The translations under genes and the position numbers were made by a program. A stretch of 64,000 nucleotides of DNA. Origin: Parcubacteria group bacterium. Its GTDB lineage: Bacteria > Patescibacteriota > Microgenomatia > UBA1400 > PJMF01. The notes beneath the pieces are model-generated. The model was not told the origin of the DNA. It was given only the letters and a program-made list of their open reading frames with translations, and did not search any database. The DNA lies in assembly GCA_943350175.1 (NCBI GenBank), contig CALQZX010000002.1:66061-130060 (forward strand). The letters run 5' to 3'. Positions within the stretch are counted from its first letter, which is position 1; every line of letters begins with the position of its first letter. This document shows, piece after piece, positions 1 to 8,237 of this stretch.

Positions 1-808
1 TTAGATTTTTTTCTAAATAATTGGCTGTTTCGCTAATCATCATTGGCTGGCAGATTCTGCCGCGATGTGGTTCTGGAGCCAGGTAAGGAGCATCGGTTTC
101 TAGGAGAATTTTTTTGGAATCAGCTTTTTGCACCATAGCAAAGATTTCTCTAATGGAATCAGATTTTTTGAAAGTAATATTGCCATCAAAACCAAAATAG
201 CTTTTTTTAAGAGCGAGGGCTTTTTCAATGTAAGCTATTGGTCCAGAAACACAGTGAAAAATTAAAGCATTTTCAAATTGCCAATGTTTTTCAATCAAAT
301 CTAAGGTTTCAAGGTAGGCTCCATCATCATGATCTCGAACGTGGAGAATGAGTGGGAGATTTAGTTTATTTGCTAGCTTGATTTGACCTATGAATAATTC
401 TTTTTGTCTTAATTTGATTATTTCAATTTCATTTCCTTCATCAGCTTTTAGATAAAAGTAATCAAGACCTGTTTCACCGATGGCAACGACTTTTTTATTT
501 GTCGCCATTTTTTCTAGTTCCTGTATTGCCTGATCAATGTCGATGATTTTATTGGCTCTTTCTGGATGAATGCCAACGCTAGCGAAGAGATTTTCGTCTG
601 TGGCAGCAATTTCGATGGCTTTTTGACTACTTTTGAGACCTGGTCCAACGATGATGCTTTTAGCAACGCCATTTTGTTGAGCATTTTGCCAGTGATCTTG
701 CCATTTCATTTGCAAGACTTCGTCGCCCTCCTTAATATTAAAGCAAAAAGGATCGCCACTATATAAAGGCTCTAGATTGTAATGACAGTGAGTATCGATG
801 ATTGGCAT
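1..808 (-). CDS. tatD: TatD family DNase (3' end runs off window)
   Basis: Hand translation from ATG at 808: MPIIDTHCHYNL...IGETGLDY...LHVR...FHCVS...LLETDAPYLAP; no stop before position 1; follows metG. Confidence 0.9.
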   Translation of the reverse strand, partial: MPIIDTHCHYNLEPLYSGDPFCFNIKEGDEVLQMKWQDHWQNAQQNGVAKSIIVGPGLKSSQKAIEIAATDENLFASVGIHPERANKIIDIDQAIQELEKMATNKKVVAIGETGLDYFYLKADEGNEIEIIKLRQKELFIGQIKLANKLNLPLILHVRDHDDGAYLETLDLIEKHWQFENALIFHCVSGPIAYIEKALALKKSYFGFDGNITFKKSDSIREIFAMVQKADSKKILLETDAPYLAPEPHRGRICQPMMISETANYLEKNL

Positions 809-814
809 ATTCTT

Positions 815-2233
815 TTAGACTAGACGAGGGAAAAGGCCTGTTTCAAATGATTTTACTTGACCCTCAAAATGCTCTTGAATTTTTAAAGCTGTCTCAGGCA
901 TAAAAGGACTAAACAATTTGGCGATTTGGCTAATTTTTTGACAGGCAATGCTTAAAATTTGTTTTTTCTCTTCGCCTTCTTTTTTCCATGGAGTGTTGGT
1001 GGCGAGATATTTGTCTAAGTTGCTAACTTCACTATCGATATAAGCTAGAGTTTCATTCAGATCAAAATTATCCATTAGCTTTCTATATTCATCTGAAATT
1101 TCCGCTTCACCACTTTCATTTGCCAGGCCAATTTGCTCAGCCATTTTGGCTACTCTGGAGCAGAGATTGCCAATACCATTGGCCAAATTAGCGTTGTAGC
1201 TGATATCTAGTTTTTCAAAAGTAACGTCGCTGTCTTCCCCAAAAGTACCAAGGTTGACGAGTAGATAGCGGGTTGGATCAACGCCGTAGCGAGCCACCAT
1301 TTCTACAGGTGAGATGACATTGCCAAGAGATTTGCTCATTTTCTGACCGTTTACGCCGATGAAGCCGTTAATAAGGATGCGAGCGGAATTTGGCAAATTA
1401 GCTGAAAGCAACATGGCTTGCCACATAGCTGATTGTTGGCGCAAATTGTCTTTGCCGGCCAACTGAATGCCTGGCCAAAAACTGCCAAACTTCTCTGAAT
1501 TTTGTGGCCAGTCTAGCGTGGAAATATAATTAACTAGAGCATCAAACCAAACATACATCACGTGCTTGTCGTCTCCTGGAACATCAATTCCCCAAGGCAT
1601 TTTGGCTTTAAGTCTAGAGATACTGAAATCTTCCAAGCCATTTTTGACAAAAGATTTGATTTCATTTAAGCGACTGGCTGGTTTGACAAAATTTGGATTT
1701 TTCTCATAAAGTTCTAGAAGTTTTGGAGCATATTTGCTGAAGCGAAAGAAATAGTTCTCTTCTTCACGTAGTTCTAAATCTTGTTTTGGATGGAGTGGGC
1801 AACGATTCTCGACTAATTCGCTATCGGTTTTGGCTAATTCACAGCCGACACAATATTTAACGCTGTATTTGGCTTTATAAATATCGCCATTTTTTTCACA
1901 AAGACGCCAAAATTCTTGAGCGGCTGCAATGTGTTTTTCATCAGTGGTGCGAATAAAATGATTGAAGTTGAGGTTGAGTAGTTTTTTTAATTCCTCAAAT
2001 TTGCTGGCCCATTGATCGCAATATTCTTTGGCTGGCATTTTTTGTTCAACAGCTTTTTCCCAGATTTTCTGACCGTGTTCGTCAGTGCCTGTATTAAAGA
2101 TTACTTCGTTGCCGAGGATTTTCTCTTGATAGCGAGCAATCACGTCGGCCTCAATGATTTCCAAGGCAAAGCCAATGTGGGGAGCAGCATTAACGTAAGG
2201 CAGAGTGGTGGTGATATAAAATTTATTTTTCAT
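815..2233 (-). CDS. metG: Methionine--tRNA ligase (short form)
   Basis: YITTTLPYVNAAPHIG, GTDEHGQK, YVWFDAL, KMSKS motifs. Confidence 0.97.
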   Translation of the reverse strand: MKNKFYITTTLPYVNAAPHIGFALEIIEADVIARYQEKILGNEVIFNTGTDEHGQKIWEKAVEQKMPAKEYCDQWASKFEELKKLLNLNFNHFIRTTDEKHIAAAQEFWRLCEKNGDIYKAKYSVKYCVGCELAKTDSELVENRCPLHPKQDLELREEENYFFRFSKYAPKLLELYEKNPNFVKPASRLNEIKSFVKNGLEDFSISRLKAKMPWGIDVPGDDKHVMYVWFDALVNYISTLDWPQNSEKFGSFWPGIQLAGKDNLRQQSAMWQAMLLSANLPNSARILINGFIGVNGQKMSKSLGNVISPVEMVARYGVDPTRYLLVNLGTFGEDSDVTFEKLDISYNANLANGIGNLCSRVAKMAEQIGLANESGEAEISDEYRKLMDNFDLNETLAYIDSEVSNLDKYLATNTPWKKEGEEKKQILSIACQKISQIAKLFSPFMPETALKIQEHFEGQVKSFETGLFPRLV

Positions 2234-2652
2234 CGAGGCTTATTATAAGAAAGTCGAGGCGGAAAAGCCAGCAGAGTTAATATTAAGCCAAGGAGAGCGA
2301 TTGCTAAAATAGCTGCAAAGTTAAAATAAATGTGACTAATTTTGAAATAGAGAATTAGATTGATGATAAAGGCAAAAATAAAGCCAATTTTTTTGTTTAA
2401 AAAGAAAAAAGTAAATAGAAAAAAATTAGCGATAAAAAGTAGTGAGAATAAAGGTAAAAAGCTATTTTTAAATATAAAATTTTGAATTTGGTTTGGATAA
2501 ACTTTAGACAGCAACAAATAAAGTAAAAAATAACAAAAAATAGCTATAAATAGGCAAAAAATGTAATGCCAGTATTTTTTTAAGAAACTCAAATCGACAG
2601 TTTTTTTAATCTCTTTTAGTTTGCGCCTAGATCGGGCTTGGTTCTCTACCAT
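2230..2652 (-). CDS. Hypothetical membrane protein (about 4 TM)
   Basis: 140-aa ORF with hydrophobic segments, 4-nt overlap with metG start; TATACT at exactly -12..-7 of its ATG. Confidence 0.75.
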   Translation of the reverse strand: MVENQARSRRKLKEIKKTVDLSFLKKYWHYIFCLFIAIFCYFLLYLLLSKVYPNQIQNFIFKNSFLPLFSLLFIANFFLFTFFFLNKKIGFIFAFIINLILYFKISHIYFNFAAILAIALLGLILTLLAFPPRLSYNKPR

Positions 2653-2674
2653 CCTTTTAGTATACTAAAATCCT
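2653..2674. promoter_or_regulatory. Bidirectional -10 palindrome TTTTAGTATACTAAAA
   Basis: TATACT on both strands in a 22-bp gap between divergent start codons. Confidence 0.65.
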
Positions 2675-3811
2675 ATGACCAGTACGACCTTTATTTTATT
2701 TTTCCTTCTTATTGCCGCTTTGGTGGTTTTTTATCTTTCGATCAAAAAACTTTTGCAAGAAAAAAACTCTGATCAATCTAGCGAGCAGTTAGAAGACATG
2801 GTTCACAAAGTTTTTGGTATGGCTTCCAATGAAATTGCCATTCAAAGCAAAGGCATTTTGCAAGGTGAAAAGGACCTGATTAGAAATGATCTTTCCAACA
2901 AACAAGTGATGATTGAAAAAATGATTAAGGATTTGCGCCAGGAAATGGGTGAGCAACAAAAAGAAATTCGCTCGATTGAAAAGGATCAAATTGACAAAAT
3001 TAGTAAAGTTGGCGCTGCGGTGGAAGAACATCGCTTACTGACTAAAGAATTAAAGACTTCTACTGAGGCTTTGGCCAAAGTTTTGTCCAACAATCAAACT
3101 CGTGGAGCTTGGGGAGAGCGCATTATTGAAGATTTGCTACAAGCCAATGGCCTGCAAGAGGGCATTCATTATCTTCGCCAGGCCAAACTCGGTGAGTCAG
3201 TGATGAAGCCAGATATTACCTTGCTTTTGCCAGATCATCGCAATGTGCCGGTGGATGTGAAATTTCCTTATCAAGAGATCCAAAAAATGTCGATGACCGA
3301 GAATCAGGCTGAGAAGCAAACTCACATTGCTCAGTTTAAGAGGGATTTAAAAATCAAAGTGGATAAAGTTGCAGAATATATTTCTCCAGAAAATGACACT
3401 CTGGATTACGCCATTATGTTTGTGCCAAATGAAGCTTTGTTCTCATTCATCAATCAAAAGTTCCCAGATATTATCGATGAGGCTTTGGCGAAAAAAGTCA
3501 TTATCTGTTCGCCTTTTAGTTTCTTGATTGTGGCTCGCACTGTTATGGAAAGTTACCGTAATTTTATGGTGGGCAAAAAAATCAAAGAAGTCATCAAACA
3601 CATCGACGCTTTTGCCGGTGAATGGCTGAAATTTGACGAAGAATTTTTAAAATTTGGTCGCAGTATTGAAACCTTACAAAAGAACTATGAAACGCTCTCC
3701 ATTACTCGTAAGCGCCAGATGGAAAAGAAGATTGCCAAAATTGAACAATATCGCGGTAGCTCTGTGGAGTTATTGGAAGATGGGGAGAAGCCGAAGTTGT
3801 TAGAAGGGTAG
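2675..3811 (+). CDS. rmuC: DNA recombination protein RmuC
   Basis: N-terminal TM, coiled coil, RGAWGE, PD...VDVKFP, KYI-like YISP, DYAIMFVPNE motifs. Confidence 0.92.
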   Translation: MTSTTFILFFLLIAALVVFYLSIKKLLQEKNSDQSSEQLEDMVHKVFGMASNEIAIQSKGILQGEKDLIRNDLSNKQVMIEKMIKDLRQEMGEQQKEIRSIEKDQIDKISKVGAAVEEHRLLTKELKTSTEALAKVLSNNQTRGAWGERIIEDLLQANGLQEGIHYLRQAKLGESVMKPDITLLLPDHRNVPVDVKFPYQEIQKMSMTENQAEKQTHIAQFKRDLKIKVDKVAEYISPENDTLDYAIMFVPNEALFSFINQKFPDIIDEALAKKVIICSPFSFLIVARTVMESYRNFMVGKKIKEVIKHIDAFAGEWLKFDEEFLKFGRSIETLQKNYETLSITRKRQMEKKIAKIEQYRGSSVELLEDGEKPKLLEG

Positions 3812-3877
3812 GTTTTTGCTGAAATAGCTAAAAATAGCACTTCCTGTAATTTAGAGTTGAGATAATATCTGGGTGAT

Positions 3878-3944
3878 GGGCCAGGTGCCGGGCATGACTG
3901 GATCCACGAAATCTGGTTGGGGAGTTCAACTCTCCTCTGGTCCA
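3878..3944 (+). ncRNA. tRNA-like RNA lacking a canonical D arm (G3:U70 acceptor, CCACGAA loop)
   Basis: GGGCCAG/CTGGTCC+A acceptor, GGGAG-TTCAACT-CTCCT T arm, CTGGAT/ATCTGG stem with 7-nt loop, 13-nt D region; TGnGATAAT upstream at 3858-3866. Confidence 0.7.
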
Positions 3945-3970
3945 CACTCATTCTAATTTTCAAATTGCAT

Positions 3971-3999
3971 TTGAAAAAAGTGAATAAATTTGGTATAAA
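3971..3999 (+). promoter_or_regulatory. Sigma70-like promoter
   Basis: TTGAAA-17bp-TATAAA with TG extension; no credible ORF downstream. Confidence 0.5.
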
Positions 4000-4005
4000 T
4001 GTACT

Positions 4006-4077
4006 ATTCGTGGATCCGGTTAAAACCGACAGATCAGTCGAAAAATCACTCTTTAAAATGGGTGATTTTTTGTTTTT
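4006..4077 (+). ncRNA. Candidate small RNA with intrinsic terminator
   Basis: Bulged hairpin TTCG/CGAA, GATC/GATC, CGGT-TAAA-ACCG, then terminator AAAAATCACTC...GGGTGATTTTTT (4041-4077); 5' end complementary to 3895-3910. Confidence 0.5.
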
Positions 4078-4104
4078 AAATTACCATAAATGTCATGAAG
4101 TATT

Positions 4105-4131
4105 AAAAAACACCCAAGCAGGGTGTCCTTT
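4105..4131 (-). terminator. Rho-independent terminator
   Basis: Minus strand GGACACCC-TGCTT-GGGTGTTTTTT. Confidence 0.75.
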
Positions 4132-4132
4132 A

Positions 4133-4200
4133 GTGTACTTGTTTCCGAGACTTAGGAGATTTTACCTTGGTCGGTTCTAGGGCAAGCCCCACAAGCACAT
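4133..4200 (-). ncRNA. Candidate three-way-junction structured RNA in hydrolase 3' UTR
   Basis: Minus strand GTGCTTGT/ACAAGTAC closing stem, GGG-CTTG-CCC hairpin, CCGA...TCGG arm. Confidence 0.4.
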
Positions 4201-4202
4201 GA

Positions 4203-5333
4203 TTATTTTAACATATTTTTCGCAAAAAAGCTCAAATCTTTTTGGATCGCTTCGTCCCAATTTGGTTGAAGATTATGATTGGCTCCAGGGTATTTGTAGA
4301 AATCTATTTTGATTTCGTTCTTTTCAGCTGACTGCGTGGCCAATTCGCTACTGGCAGTGGCTCGACTTTCATTTTCTAGATCAACTTTAGCTAGAAATTC
4401 TTCTGTCCAAGAAACCAGGGCTGAGTCATCATTGGTGCCGTGTTGGATTTGGATAGGGCCATTGAGGCGATCCAAATGTTTGGTCAGAGAAAAGTCAAAG
4501 ACGTCGTAGTCTGCTTCAAATTGAGAAAGATATTTGCGAGCTTCTTTGCCTTCATCATCATTTTCATCGGTAAAATACATGATTGAATATGGGAAGGGCG
4601 CCAGAACTGGCGCCCAGAGAGTCGTGGGTAGATTGCTGCCTAAGACTTCTAGAGTGGAGACGGCAATCTGCCCACCATTACTATGTGCCCAAATGCCGAT
4701 TTTTTCTGTATCTAGGATGATTTGTTTGATTGGTAATTCTTCAATATTGCTAAGATCAATTTCTGGAAAAGTTTCAATGATTCTCAGTAGATCAATGACA
4801 TTGGCTACTTTTATAAAGCGGGCTTCCCAAGTATTGCTTGGTTCTATGTCACTATTGCCGTAACCTAAAAAGTCAGGAGCCAAGGTGGCGTAGCCGTTTT
4901 CTGCCAAAACAGCTGCAGCGTTTTTCGTGCCAGCTCCAGAGAAATAGCCCTCTAGTGGAACAAAGCCCCTGATCATCAAAATAACTGGCTTGATCAGACT
5001 TGTTTGATCAAGTTTTAAATTGAGAGCTCCAGAAATATTTTTGCCTTGACTTTCATAACTAAAAAGCAAGATATAGGTCTTTTTTTCTGGATTATTCGAA
5101 ATTATTTTTTCAATTTTAATTGGTTTTTTGGCTTCAAAATTTTTCTGAGCCAAATTTTCAATGGAATATTGCAGCAAAGGCAATTCTTTTACTTTGCTTT
5201 CTTGACTGATTCTTGGACTGAGCAGACCAGATTTAAAGATGCCTTCTTGGTTTAAGTAAAAATATGCAGCTAGAAAAGAAATACTACTGACTAGACTCAA
5301 GAGTAAAACGGCGAGTAAAATTTTTTTGAACAT
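4203..5333 (-). CDS. Membrane-anchored alpha/beta hydrolase (S9 peptidase-like)
   Basis: N-terminal TM; APDFLGYG, WAHSNGG nucleophile, HGTNDD, GANHN. Confidence 0.85.
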   Translation of the reverse strand: MFKKILLAVLLLSLVSSISFLAAYFYLNQEGIFKSGLLSPRISQESKVKELPLLQYSIENLAQKNFEAKKPIKIEKIISNNPEKKTYILLFSYESQGKNISGALNLKLDQTSLIKPVILMIRGFVPLEGYFSGAGTKNAAAVLAENGYATLAPDFLGYGNSDIEPSNTWEARFIKVANVIDLLRIIETFPEIDLSNIEELPIKQIILDTEKIGIWAHSNGGQIAVSTLEVLGSNLPTTLWAPVLAPFPYSIMYFTDENDDEGKEARKYLSQFEADYDVFDFSLTKHLDRLNGPIQIQHGTNDDSALVSWTEEFLAKVDLENESRATASSELATQSAEKNEIKIDFYKYPGANHNLQPNWDEAIQKDLSFFAKNMLK

Positions 5334-5373
5334 TACTCGCCATTATAGCAAGATCCTTTTAAAGATTTTATTT

Positions 5374-5550
5374 TTAATTTAAAGGAGTGTCGTCTATGTA
5401 TCTATCTCTGCCACCAAATTCTTCTTGTTCTTCATCATCATTTTCAGCAGCAACTCCGGCTTTAACTAATAAATCCGCAGTCATTGATAATGGAGTTCCA
5501 TCGTCTAGTCGATCTCTTCCTTCAAAAACTAAGAATTTTACTTCTATCAT
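5374..5550 (-). CDS. Small acidic protein, 58 aa (not in ORF track)
   Basis: MIEVKFLVFEGRDRLDDGTPLSMTADLLVKAGVAAENDDEEQEEFGGRDRYIDDTPLN; RBS-like GAAAGGG before ATG. Confidence 0.65.
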   Translation of the reverse strand: MIEVKFLVFEGRDRLDDGTPLSMTADLLVKAGVAAENDDEEQEEFGGRDRYIDDTPLN

Positions 5551-5561
5551 TTTTCCCTTTC

Positions 5562-5602
5562 AAACTAAAAACCCCGCTCTTTTGAAGCGGGGTTTAGTTT
5601 TT
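5562..5602 (-). terminator. Attenuator terminator hairpin
   Basis: Minus strand AAACCCCGCTT-CAAAA-GAGCGGGGTTTTT directly before the 58-aa ORF RBS. Confidence 0.75.
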
Positions 5603-5619
5603 TATAATTAATTTATATT

Positions 5620-5700
5620 TTATGCCACTAAACAATCCCGCTCATTTTTGCGCAAAATAACCCAAATAAACTTGGAGTGGGTGGAATTAGCTTGTAACAT
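5620..5700 (-). CDS. Putative attenuator leader peptide, 26 aa
   Basis: MLQANSTHSKFIWVILRKNERDCLVA; 3' half contains antiterminator GAGCGGG-ATT-GTTTAGT. Confidence 0.6.
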   Translation of the reverse strand: MLQANSTHSKFIWVILRKNERDCLVA

Positions 5701-5708
5701 TGTCGATG

Positions 5709-5737
5709 ATTTTAAATAATTTTTAGTAATTTTGCAA
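5709..5737 (-). promoter_or_regulatory. Sigma70 promoter of leader peptide
   Basis: TTGCAA-17bp-TAAAAT, 8 nt before the leader ATG. Confidence 0.7.
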
Positions 5738-5860
5738 GCCCTGTTTTTTTTATTTGACTTATGAAGTAAAATACATCTTTCTTAAAGAGAGAGTAAGTGG
5801 TTTTTTGGGTTTTTAGTCAATTTAATTGTTTAATTTCGACAATTAAATTAGAAAAATAAT

Positions 5861-6685
5861 GTGAAAAATGAATTCATAGATACTTTTAAACAAGATTTTA
5901 TTGCTTCACCATCTAATAGTGAAGCAGATAATGCCTTGGTAAGTAGTTTTATAGCAGAGATCGATTTAAAAAATGAAAGTCCATCAATCAGTTCCATGAC
6001 CAAGTGCTTGCTTGGATGGCAAACTAAAAAACTCACTAGACATTTAATAGATAAGAGTGGCGATAAACGTGAGGATGTAATTTCTGCACGCTGGTCGCCC
6101 GGATTTTACAGAATAGCCACAGGTTTAGAATGTATAGAAAAAAAATTGCGAGGAGCAAAAATTCTGGATACTTTTGCAGGGTCTGGATCCATGATGTTCT
6201 CTTTATTAGCTTTAAACATTCCAGAAAGTGTTTTTTTAAATGATTTAAGTTATAAAGGTGGGCAGCCTATTTTTACGGACACAGATTCTTCTAGAGGATA
6301 TTTCTATAATCCACAACAAAATTTAGAAGAATACAGGCTACTCTTTGAGAGATATCAAAAATTTATTCCTAGTCCAAATTTTAATTTAGTCACTGGATAC
6401 GCTTGCGAAGATGCTGGCGGCAGACTGTCTCATGACACTGGTTCATTTGATTTAATATTTACAGATCCACCGTATAATAAAAACTTGAGTCATAGCGGAA
6501 TGGAGGGTTTGATTGCTAGCTTGCCAGAACTATTGAGGATTTCTAGAGAAGGAGCGATTTTAATGATTCCAGAGTCTTGGTTATCAGATCTTGAAAAGCT
6601 AGGATCATATAAAGTTGAAAATTTATCTGGAGGACTAGTTCATAAAAAAACAACTTTCAGAACTATCCTCATTCATGTTCACTAA
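5861..6685 (+). CDS. SAM-dependent amino-methyltransferase (DPPY type)
   Basis: ILDTFAGSGS motif I followed by FTDPPY motif IV. Confidence 0.7.
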   Translation: MKNEFIDTFKQDFIASPSNSEADNALVSSFIAEIDLKNESPSISSMTKCLLGWQTKKLTRHLIDKSGDKREDVISARWSPGFYRIATGLECIEKKLRGAKILDTFAGSGSMMFSLLALNIPESVFLNDLSYKGGQPIFTDTDSSRGYFYNPQQNLEEYRLLFERYQKFIPSPNFNLVTGYACEDAGGRLSHDTGSFDLIFTDPPYNKNLSHSGMEGLIASLPELLRISREGAILMIPESWLSDLEKLGSYKVENLSGGLVHKKTTFRTILIHVH

Positions 6686-6793
6686 ATAATTGATGAAATC
6701 TCATCTAACCTCTTAATTTAACTCTTTTTTCTTACCTCGGTTCACCACTATCGTTATCAGAAAAAGACTAAAATATGTTAAAATCTACATGCT

Positions 6794-8191
6794 ATGCAAA
6801 GAACTCTCGTCCTCGAATCCCTTCAAAAAATTGGTCAAACAGTCACCTTATGTGGTTGGGTTGATAGTAAACGCGATCACGGTAAAGTTACCTTCATCGA
6901 TCTTCGTGATAGAACTGGCAAGATCCAGGCTGTTGGCATTGGTGGCAAACTTAGTGAGTTGACCACCGAGTCAGTCATTGAAGTCACAGGTCCTATCAAC
7001 GCTCGAGGAGAAAAATCCATCAATCCCAATTTACCAACCGGTACCATTGAAATTTTCGTTGAAGACTACAAAATTCTCAACAAAGCCGCCGAATTGCCAA
7101 TCTTGGTCGAAGGTGATGGCTTGGACGTCAATGAAGAAATGCGTCTTAAATATCGTTATCTAGATTTGCGTCGTGAGCGTATGCAAAAGATTGTGCGTTT
7201 GCGCTCTAAGTTCTATCAGGCTTTGCGTGAGCAATTAGAGAAAAAAGATTTTACTGAAGTTGAAACTCCAATGTTGACCAAGTCAACCAAGGAAGGCGCT
7301 CGTGATTTCATTGTTCCTTCACGTTTCAATCCTGGTAAATTTTATGCGCTGCCACAAAGTCCACAACAATATAAGCAGCTATTAATGACTGCCGGTGTTG
7401 AAAACTACTATCAATTTGCGCGTTGTATTCGTGATGAAGATTTGCGCGCTGATCGTGGTTTTGAATTTACTCAGCTTGATCTTGAAATGAGTTTTGTCAC
7501 ACAGGAAGAATTAATGGCTCATGTGGAAGAAATTGTCAAAAATGCCGTTAAGAAAGTCGGTGGCAAATTGCAACAAGAAACTTTTCCAGCCATTCCTTAC
7601 AAGGAGGCAGTTGCCAAATATGGCGCTGATAAATTTGACATGCGCTCTGAAGAAGAGAAAAAAGACGGTACTCTGGCTTTTGCTTGGGTAGTCAGCTTTC
7701 CATTCTTCAAAAAAGTGGACAAAAAAGACATCGCTGAAGTGCGTGATGGCAAAAGTGGTTGGACTTTTACTCACAATCCATTTTCTGGCCCAGTGCCAGA
7801 ATCGATGGAAGACCATAAAAATGGCCAAAACATTGAAAATATCGTCACTGCTCAATATGACTTAGTTTGCAACGGCTATGAAGCCGGTGGTGGCAGCATT
7901 AGAGCTCATCAGCCTGAGGTTTTGGAACAAACTTTCAAGATCATGGGTTACTCACACGAAGAAATTCAAGCTAGTGTTGGTCACATGTTAGAAGCTTTCA
8001 AACTAGGCACACCTCCTCATGGTGGTATTGCTCTTGGTTTAGATCGCTTAGTGATGCTTTTGGCTGGCGAAACTTCTATCAAAGAAACTATCGCTTTCCC
8101 AATGTCCTCATCTGGCAAAACTGCCATTATGGATGCGCCAAGTGAAGTGACAGCTGAGCAGCTTAAAGAACTAGGCATCAAAGTCGCCTAG
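6794..8191 (+). CDS. aspS: Aspartate--tRNA(Asp/Asn) ligase, lacking GAD insertion
   Basis: RDHG, RLKYRYLDLR, ALPQSPQ, RDEDLRADR, PPHGGIALGLDR. Confidence 0.95.
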   Translation: MQRTLVLESLQKIGQTVTLCGWVDSKRDHGKVTFIDLRDRTGKIQAVGIGGKLSELTTESVIEVTGPINARGEKSINPNLPTGTIEIFVEDYKILNKAAELPILVEGDGLDVNEEMRLKYRYLDLRRERMQKIVRLRSKFYQALREQLEKKDFTEVETPMLTKSTKEGARDFIVPSRFNPGKFYALPQSPQQYKQLLMTAGVENYYQFARCIRDEDLRADRGFEFTQLDLEMSFVTQEELMAHVEEIVKNAVKKVGGKLQQETFPAIPYKEAVAKYGADKFDMRSEEEKKDGTLAFAWVVSFPFFKKVDKKDIAEVRDGKSGWTFTHNPFSGPVPESMEDHKNGQNIENIVTAQYDLVCNGYEAGGGSIRAHQPEVLEQTFKIMGYSHEEIQASVGHMLEAFKLGTPPHGGIALGLDRLVMLLAGETSIKETIAFPMSSSGKTAIMDAPSEVTAEQLKELGIKVA

Positions 8192-8237
8192 GCAATTTGC
8201 TTAATTCTTGCTGAGCAAAATTTGCTAAAATGAATCG

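Noticed and set aside
3917-4180. 87-aa ORF and possible tmRNA tag frame downstream of the tRNA-like element
   Set aside because: TTG start lies inside the tRNA-like structure and the ORF crosses two terminators; no frame gives an ssrA-like tag ending in Ala-Ala.
5387-5611. 74-aa plus-strand ORF
   Set aside because: Antisense shadow of the 58-aa minus-strand ORF, which has an RBS and attenuator.
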